DNA of 64,000 bases from a virus. Taxonomy: Duplodnaviria > Caudoviricetes. Where the stretch lies: positions 32,001-96,000 of the IMG/VR virus record IMGVR_UViG_3300031867_000001; one strand, given 5' to 3'. A program made the position numbers and the translations under genes. The notes under the pieces were generated by a model, which ran no database searches, was not told the DNA's origin, and worked only from the letters and a program-made list of their open reading frames with translations. Shown piece by piece: positions 57,163 through 64,000 of this stretch; the first letter of the stretch is position 1; each line of letters opens with the position of its first letter.

Positions 57163-58419
57163 TCATCCAACAATCATCATTTGATCCATGATACTCTTTT
57201 CAAGTTCCACTTCACGTTTCGTCACACTCTCCATATCAGATGGAAGTGCACTATAAACGAATTGATCAGGCTGTTGTTCTTGATGCGGTTTGCCGATACT
57301 GCTGATGAATTCATTCAGATCTGCACGGAAAGATGGATATAGTTTATTACCATTATTTTCAGCAACCAGATCGATGACGTCATCAAATGTTTCTTTCTTA
57401 CCATACAACAGATTGAAGTATTCTTTACCAGCACCTTCATGAGACCAATCGAAATTCATCAACTTCTCCTTGGTTTCTGGAGAAATACATTCGTCGTTTT
57501 TGGTTGATGAGAAGAAGTAGTTTGATTCCGGAATTGCAAATCTGCTGAATGTACCTCTCATTGCTTTGATCACCGGACTGATTGGTGTATCATAACCGTT
57601 CATGTGATAATGCTGCATATTCGTGAACGCTGTATCAGACATCACATTATAATCATAATCAACACCTTCACGCTCTGTACGATGACGTCTCTCTTTTGCT
57701 TTCGAGATTTTCTCAGCAGATGTCTCTACCGTGATATTACCACTCAGAATACCCTTCAACGTTTCTGGATCCGTAATCATTGTTGTCCAAGATGTCCACA
57801 ACTGTGGAATCGGACAATATGTGAATTTGATGTCACCTTTGTTCCATGCTTCAACGGCTTGTTCTTGACTGAGCCATGGATAATCATGTTTGACCGAATA
57901 ATCGATTGCATCCAATATTACCTTCATTGCTTCTCGCCAATCGTTTACATTGTAATATTGCTTTTGTAACGATGACAATCTGTGATAGATTTCTTTACGT
58001 TCTGCAGAATCGAACAGCTCTTCATCACTCTTGTGATACTTTAACCGATGATTTGCACGAACGATACATGTACTCATTTCTTCATGGATCTTTTGCTTCT
58101 GTTCATCCGATAACTTGATCACCATAACATCCTTGGTGGTTGCTTTACGTTTGTTTTGTTCAATCTTGCGTTGGATTGCTTTTGCACGAGTGGACTCTGT
58201 GAACATCCCAGACATATCATCATCGTCATCATCTTCCAAGATCATTCTTTGTAATTCAGCAGTACGATGTTTCACGTCCGCCATCATTTGTTCATCAACA
58301 ACAGTTGGGACAATACCTTTGTTGAGTTTATCAACAAATTCATCAATTTCTTCGATGTCATATGTATACACATAATCATCATCGAGATTCATTTTGGTTT
58401 CATCCATAATAAAACACAC
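57163..58419 (-). CDS. Hypothetical protein
   Basis: 418 aa ORF. Confidence 0.7.
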   Translation of the reverse strand: MCFIMDETKMNLDDDYVYTYDIEEIDEFVDKLNKGIVPTVVDEQMMADVKHRTAELQRMILEDDDDDDMSGMFTESTRAKAIQRKIEQNKRKATTKDVMVIKLSDEQKQKIHEEMSTCIVRANHRLKYHKSDEELFDSAERKEIYHRLSSLQKQYYNVNDWREAMKVILDAIDYSVKHDYPWLSQEQAVEAWNKGDIKFTYCPIPQLWTSWTTMITDPETLKGILSGNITVETSAEKISKAKERRHRTEREGVDYDYNVMSDTAFTNMQHYHMNGYDTPISPVIKAMRGTFSRFAIPESNYFFSSTKNDECISPETKEKLMNFDWSHEGAGKEYFNLLYGKKETFDDVIDLVAENNGNKLYPSFRADLNEFISSIGKPHQEQQPDQFVYSALPSDMESVTKREVELEKSIMDQMMIVG

Positions 58420-58592
58420 TCCATTCTTTTATAATGTATATGAAATGTGGGATACCGTATCCCACATATCTCATATAAATATTACATATATCGAAATAAA
58501 GTATTCTCCGCACGAATCAATAACTCGTAAATGTATTGCTATAATGAGTTATGCATTTAACGAAATTTATTATGACGGGAAGTGAATATAGA

Positions 58593-59882
58593 ATGGGACA
58601 ATTGGTTTATGATGAACAATCACTGGTGGATTCTCAGATGTATAAATACGATATGTATTTACATTCCAGAATCAATAAATATACTGGTGATGGTAGAACA
58701 CTTGTTACATATTACAATATCAATGATGCTGATACAACCATGTCACTTGGTATGGACGCAATGTATCAAGTATTGGGTAATGATTCACCATTACGATTTG
58801 ATCGTATTGAAAATATGATCATATTGGGATTTTCTCAATTAAGTCCAGAAGATATACAAGCATCTACAACGAATGTTCGTAATTATAACTTACAAGGTGA
58901 AGCATATATTATACCTGGAACAATCATGCCAAAAGAGAATGATTTCTTTATTGTAAATCATATCAGAATGAATCATGTATTCCAAGTAACACAAGTATCG
59001 CAAGACGGATTAAACACAGATGGTTCTTATAAAATCCAATACCAATTATTTTCAACAAATCCGGATGAAATCGCTTTCTTGGATAAACAAACGGTTGGTA
59101 GATATGTCACCGATTTACAAACCATTGGTGGTGAAGATTTAACACCAATCATTGGCGTGGAAGATTATCAATTACGATCACGATTGATTCGAATGATCGA
59201 TGACATGATCGAGAATTATAAAGCTCGGTTTTATGATAAAACACATAATTGTTTCTTGTTACATTTAAATGGTCAAACATTGTTTGATTTATGTGGTAAT
59301 TACTTTATGCAAAGAAATTCCATCATGATCAAAGATAATGCAACGAACAATATTGTTTTAAATCGTGATAAATGTCATGAACGTGAATTGGAATCATATT
59401 ATCAAGCTTCACCATATAAATGGATTGAACGTGATGCACCATTGCGTTACCTGGAGCAATTCAAATATCACACTGTAAAAGCAAATGAAACATATCCTGA
59501 TTCTACATTTAAAATGTATGGGACGGATGTGGATGTCATGTTGTGGAATCCTGCATGGTGTCCAAAAGCAGAAGCACAAAAGTACTTCTCCGATCGTGTA
59601 TATGATATCTTATATAATGAACAAGATATCCGTACTTGTACGATGGACAAATGTAGATGTTGTGAAAGATGTGACACTTGTTATGCCAGACATTATTATT
59701 TGAAACGATATGATTTTATTTCATTAATTCATGATTTCATACATGGTAAATTAACGAAGTTGAATCAATTATCATTGTATACCGGTGATCAATTATTTGA
59801 TAATGCTGATGCTAAGGAGATATACTTATGGACTCCCATCATCATATACATTATTAAATATATTTTAAAATTAAAATCATAA
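58593..59882 (+). CDS. Probable jumbo-phage virion structural protein
   Basis: TYYNIN...SPLRFDRIEN...PGTIMPKENDFF; Cys-rich C-terminal patch. Confidence 0.6.
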   Translation: MGQLVYDEQSLVDSQMYKYDMYLHSRINKYTGDGRTLVTYYNINDADTTMSLGMDAMYQVLGNDSPLRFDRIENMIILGFSQLSPEDIQASTTNVRNYNLQGEAYIIPGTIMPKENDFFIVNHIRMNHVFQVTQVSQDGLNTDGSYKIQYQLFSTNPDEIAFLDKQTVGRYVTDLQTIGGEDLTPIIGVEDYQLRSRLIRMIDDMIENYKARFYDKTHNCFLLHLNGQTLFDLCGNYFMQRNSIMIKDNATNNIVLNRDKCHERELESYYQASPYKWIERDAPLRYLEQFKYHTVKANETYPDSTFKMYGTDVDVMLWNPAWCPKAEAQKYFSDRVYDILYNEQDIRTCTMDKCRCCERCDTCYARHYYLKRYDFISLIHDFIHGKLTKLNQLSLYTGDQLFDNADAKEIYLWTPIIIYIIKYILKLKS

Positions 59883-59899
59883 TATAAGGAGGATTAAAT

Positions 59900-61348
59900 A
59901 TGTTTTATTATGATAAGACAAATCCGATGAGATGTCCGTGTCAACCGGCACCTCCTCCACCACCACATCCAGTTCCATGTTTTCATGATTCATATGGACA
60001 TGATTGTTATCATGAACATAATGGATTTCCACATCCACATTTACCGGTGAATGGACCGTTTATTGGATCAATGTTTGTACTGGATAATTACTCCCCATAT
60101 TTGTTTGATTCTTATTTCATCAAGTATGGTTCCATTATTAATGTATCCGAAAACGTTCAAACCCACATCACTCAAAGACCCGATGCATCGTGTATTAACT
60201 TAGCTGCTAAGTTTAACTTCGTTGATGCAATCAACAAGAATGTTGTATTGGAAGAGTATTTGGAAAAGTGTATTGGTCAGAATGCAGAGAAATACCAGAA
60301 TGCACTTCCACTTATGAAGTCTAAGTTTACATTCCGCATGTATTATTCTATCTTCGATGATATGGGTGGAGTTGTTGATGAAAGAATCGTTGAAGTATCC
60401 ACATATGATACATTGTTACATTATACGGATATTCGCGATTTCTTCTTACAATCCACCAAGGGTATTTTCGTTGATAATATTCCTGGATATGATTATGCTG
60501 GTCTGTACAGACTCGTCGTCAATAAGATTGAACTGTGGGTTGGTACAATTGATACTCCTGCAAAGTGTGAAGATGGTTACAACCCATATTATCAGTGGAC
60601 GGATAACAATCAGCGCATTGTATTACAGCATGACACAATTGAAGCGTGTCCAGCTGATGATACATTATTGCTTGCAACATGTGATGTGAATTTGTCATTC
60701 CCATTCCAAGCAAATATCACCACCAGATTGCGTCTGTCATTTACTGCATTTACTTCTTCCATGATTATTGTAAATCAAACGTATGGTATTTGGAATGCAA
60801 TCTATGAACCCTCGGAATCTCGTATCAAGACGCTTGAGGATGAGATTGTAACTCTGAAGGAAACCGATCGTTTGTTACAGAATCAGATCGATGCAATGAA
60901 TACAAGAATGGATGAAATGAATAATACCATTCTTGATCATGAGAGACGTATCGCTGCAAATGAATTGGCGATTACGACATTGAATAATGTATTCGCTGAT
61001 AATCTCCGTGTAATCAATGAGCGTTTGACTTCTCTTGAAACAAGAGTTACTGCATTGGAGAATATTCCTCTGGCAACTCACAAGTATCGTGAAGGTGACA
61101 CTTACATTCGTTCCCAGCTTACTTGGGAAACAATCGGTCAATTGTATCAAGTTGCACGTGAATTTGTTGCAAGCGGTAATTTCAATGATGAAATTGCTGC
61201 AGGTAACATTGTACCGCTTGCAGTGGACGGTTCTGTTACATTAACTGCATTAGCATCTCGAATGGATGCAATTGATGATCGCATTACGTCTTATCATCCA
61301 ACAACTGTTGTTGATGATGATGACAATGGCGTGGATGATGATCTTTAA
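59900..61348 (+). CDS. Hypothetical structural protein with Pro/His-rich N-terminus and coiled coil
   Basis: RBS AAGGAGG; heptad repeats around residues 310-390. Confidence 0.65.
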   Translation: MFYYDKTNPMRCPCQPAPPPPPHPVPCFHDSYGHDCYHEHNGFPHPHLPVNGPFIGSMFVLDNYSPYLFDSYFIKYGSIINVSENVQTHITQRPDASCINLAAKFNFVDAINKNVVLEEYLEKCIGQNAEKYQNALPLMKSKFTFRMYYSIFDDMGGVVDERIVEVSTYDTLLHYTDIRDFFLQSTKGIFVDNIPGYDYAGLYRLVVNKIELWVGTIDTPAKCEDGYNPYYQWTDNNQRIVLQHDTIEACPADDTLLLATCDVNLSFPFQANITTRLRLSFTAFTSSMIIVNQTYGIWNAIYEPSESRIKTLEDEIVTLKETDRLLQNQIDAMNTRMDEMNNTILDHERRIAANELAITTLNNVFADNLRVINERLTSLETRVTALENIPLATHKYREGDTYIRSQLTWETIGQLYQVAREFVASGNFNDEIAAGNIVPLAVDGSVTLTALASRMDAIDDRITSYHPTTVVDDDDNGVDDDL

Positions 61349-61454
61349 TCATTGATCATTTCATCGGGTATTCTAAAAAGTGAAAATTAATCCATTATGT
61401 AGTATCGGTTATACGAATTATTAATTACTTTTTAGAAAGGAGATGGAAGGATGA

Positions 61455-62210
61455 GTGGCTAATGCAAAGGAAATTAATGTTGATATTTATTCAAGACACT
61501 GGTACAACAACGTCAGATGGATTCCTTATCCAGTATCAAAAGAATCCCCACAACTTGGGTATTCAATTGGACTGACGGATCTGCTGAGTTTGTTGCATCA
61601 TTCTGAAGTATGGTTGTATGATTCGAACACAAAACGTGTCATCAATCTGAATAATCTCAATGATTATTTTCCAGATTATGTTCCACCTTGGGGCAGAGGC
61701 GGTGGAGGTTCAGACCCCCAGAAAACTTATGTTGTTTCAGACACAACAGAAGGATGGTCATCCCAACCAACTCTTGTATCGGAAAAAGATGTATTATACA
61801 TCTATACCGATTACATTATTACCGATGTCGGTGATGAAATCCCTGGCATCAAAGTTGGTGATGGTGTAACACCTGTTACACAATTACCATTCACTGCATC
61901 CTCTGGTGGATCCAGTGGTGAAAAGGAAGTGTATTCCAAAACTACAGCGGAATGGGATGCACAACCAACATTAATACCCAAAAAAGATACGCTGTATGTT
62001 TACACCGACTATATGACTATAGAAGGTGTGACAATACCAGGTATGAAGATTGGTGACGGATCTACATACCTTATCAACCTTCCATTCATCAACACATCTG
62101 GTCTGACAGATATAGAACGTACAACACTAATCGACAAGGTTGGTGTGAAACCTTCTGAAGGTGATGATGATGAAACGTTGATATTCTTCGACGGTCTAAT
62201 TGGTGATTAA
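61455..62210 (+). CDS. Tail-fibre-like protein with duplicated W...P...K.GDG...LPF module
   Basis: Two copies of YxYTDY...IPGxKxGDG. Confidence 0.65.
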   Translation: MANAKEINVDIYSRHWYNNVRWIPYPVSKESPQLGYSIGLTDLLSLLHHSEVWLYDSNTKRVINLNNLNDYFPDYVPPWGRGGGGSDPQKTYVVSDTTEGWSSQPTLVSEKDVLYIYTDYIITDVGDEIPGIKVGDGVTPVTQLPFTASSGGSSGEKEVYSKTTAEWDAQPTLIPKKDTLYVYTDYMTIEGVTIPGMKIGDGSTYLINLPFINTSGLTDIERTTLIDKVGVKPSEGDDDETLIFFDGLIGD

Positions 62211-62236
62211 AAATTATTAAAAAGGAGAGATTTATT

Positions 62237-63388
62237 ATGGCAACTTCTTACGATTGGGAAGACAGAGGTCAGGGCGGTTCTCATGCTGATGACCTGTACG
62301 TCTCGAAACTTACGATTCCGGTAGCCGGTGGTGGTACTGCTGACTACTTTATTCGTGACGAGCAGTCCCGTGCAAAGATTCAGGATATCCTGAATTCTAT
62401 CAGCTCCGGTGTCGTATTCATCGGTAAGACCAATACTCCTCTGACTGATGGTTCTACTACTGCAACCATCATGCTTAAGGAGAATGGTGATTATACCAAG
62501 CAGGTTACCCTCACTGCTGAGGACGTTGGTTCTCTTGTTACGGTTGATAAGACCGCTTACACTCCTGCACTTCCTCAGGATGCTGAGTATGTATGGGATG
62601 GCGCACAGTGGATTGAGTTCGGTTCCTCTGGTGAGCTCGGTGCGTTTGCATTCGTAGACACTGGTGATGTTACTGTATCCGACCTGGTTGATACAACTGG
62701 TACTCACACTGCTGCAATCACAACCACTCCTACTGCTGCAACTTATGATGATACCAAGGCTCCGACCGTTACTCTGGCGGATGGTACTGTAAGTGGTTCT
62801 GTTGGTACTGCTCTGACTGGTACTGCAACTTACAACGAGGCTACTGGTGTATCTGTCACAGCTCCGAGTGGTTCTGAGACTGCTAACTACACCCCGGCTG
62901 GTGATGTTACTGTAACCGCAGCAGCATCTGGTACTACTGGTGAGATTGTAACCGGTGTTACTACCACTGGTTCTGCTACTGCATCAAACCTGACTGGTGC
63001 TGGTACTTCTGTTGTACCGAGCTACTCTTTCGCAGTTGGTGCATCTGATGAGACTCTGACGATCACTCCTGCAACTGCAATCACAGCAGTTCGGGATACT
63101 GATTTTACTCCAGTAACTGGTATCGCAACTGGTGTTGAGGTTACTACTGGTAATCTCGGATTTGATGGTACTGGTGTTGTACTCGATGTTGCAACAACTC
63201 CTGGTAACGTTGATACGAGTGCTCTTGCACTTGCAGATGGTACTGTCACTGGTACAGTTGATGATACTGATGTTACCTTCACTCCTCAGGCAGGCTGGAT
63301 CAAGTATGACAAGGCAGATGCATCTGCAGATGTTACTGTTGCTACTACTTCCAAGCCCTTCAGTGTTACTCCGCACACTGGTGCGTAA
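62237..63388 (+). CDS. Thr/Gly/Ala-rich fibre or decoration protein
   Basis: EYVWDGAQWIEFG, YTPAG; strongly biased codon usage. Confidence 0.65.
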   Translation: MATSYDWEDRGQGGSHADDLYVSKLTIPVAGGGTADYFIRDEQSRAKIQDILNSISSGVVFIGKTNTPLTDGSTTATIMLKENGDYTKQVTLTAEDVGSLVTVDKTAYTPALPQDAEYVWDGAQWIEFGSSGELGAFAFVDTGDVTVSDLVDTTGTHTAAITTTPTAATYDDTKAPTVTLADGTVSGSVGTALTGTATYNEATGVSVTAPSGSETANYTPAGDVTVTAAASGTTGEIVTGVTTTGSATASNLTGAGTSVVPSYSFAVGASDETLTITPATAITAVRDTDFTPVTGIATGVEVTTGNLGFDGTGVVLDVATTPGNVDTSALALADGTVTGTVDDTDVTFTPQAGWIKYDKADASADVTVATTSKPFSVTPHTGA

Positions 63389-63440
63389 TCACTACAATTA
63401 CAAAAAACATTGTTGGGGGCGCATATGCGCCCCCACGTGT

Positions 63441-64000
63441 TTATATTGTGATGTTTAATGCTTTCATAATTTCAGCGCTATTGTATCTGCCTTCACCATC
63501 TATCTGTAAGCGGAAGAAGTTGTCCGTATCATCAACCGTAATGTTGTGTTTATTAACAACAACAACAAACTTGGGTATTGTGGCATTTTCGAAATAATAA
63601 GTATAATCGATGTTATGTTGTTTGAGTTTGTCAACGAACGATGATAAGATTCTGTATCTGATGAATGGATGTTGATAATTGTCATTTGTTGTTACAAACA
63701 ATGAACCATAACCGCTGTGGATGATTTTGGGAATGCATTTGTATTTCAAGTCAAGATATTCAATAGTCCGACACCATACATTTCCAGCAACATGAGTGGT
63801 TATGAATAATGCTGCATTTAAGATTGGAAATGTATAGTTTTCAGTAATGGTATAAGATACGAAATCTTTGTACGGATATGTTGTGTTATTCTTAAAGATA
63901 CCTTTATCCGACATGATTGGATCAATAAATACATCCCCATTGTTCATATTCAATACAATGGTCTTGTATGTTAACACAGCCCAAGTCTTGTTCTTGAAGT
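63441..64000 (-). CDS. Hypothetical protein, 5' end beyond window
   Basis: Frame open to the window edge. Confidence 0.55.
   Translation of the reverse strand, partial: FKNKTWAVLTYKTIVLNMNNGDVFIDPIMSDKGIFKNNTTYPYKDFVSYTITENYTFPILNAALFITTHVAGNVWCRTIEYLDLKYKCIPKIIHSGYGSLFVTTNDNYQHPFIRYRILSSFVDKLKQHNIDYTYYFENATIPKFVVVVNKHNITVDDTDNFFRLQIDGEGRYNSAEIMKALNITI

Noticed and set aside
1-64000. Alternative genetic code (stop-codon reassignment)
   Set aside because: Long genes translate intact in code 11, and no suppressor tRNA is present in this window.

Overview
A 64 kb AT-rich segment of a jumbo bacteriophage genome of phiKZ/AR9-like organisation. It carries a phage RNA polymerase beta'-type subunit with NADFDGD, a family-B DNA polymerase domain, RecA/UvsX, an SbcD-like nuclease, NAD-dependent ligase, ThyX and dCMP deaminase. 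The host is most likely a Firmicute (strong AGGAGG RBSs; GH25-Cpl7-LysM endolysin). Other content: two tRNA clusters, tail-fibre/receptor-binding-like genes including a tandemly duplicated two-gene cassette, and many hypothetical ORFs. Three non-standard systems stand out. (1) A stand-alone Cas7/RAMP-like gene (9697-10380) is followed by two non-coding arrays (10433-10996, 11753-~13076) of about 53 units. These are built from 5-nt periods (NNN-GY) punctuated by a 6-nt NNN-GGY step, so unit length is 5n+6. This is a candidate non-CRISPR RNA-guided system. (2) Six copies of a conserved two-part RNA stem (GAWGCRG...TACWTC / ATYCTC) at 7955-8815 each carry a different tRNA-derived module: anticodon stem-loops, circularly permuted tRNAs, and a 60-nt insert in tRNA-His. 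They lie downstream of a probable TROVE/Ro60 gene and a KptA/Tpt1 gene. (3) Four dispersed ~160-250 nt end-paired cassettes each encode a related 13-20 aa acidic micropeptide. All calls come from reading the sequence; no database search was run.
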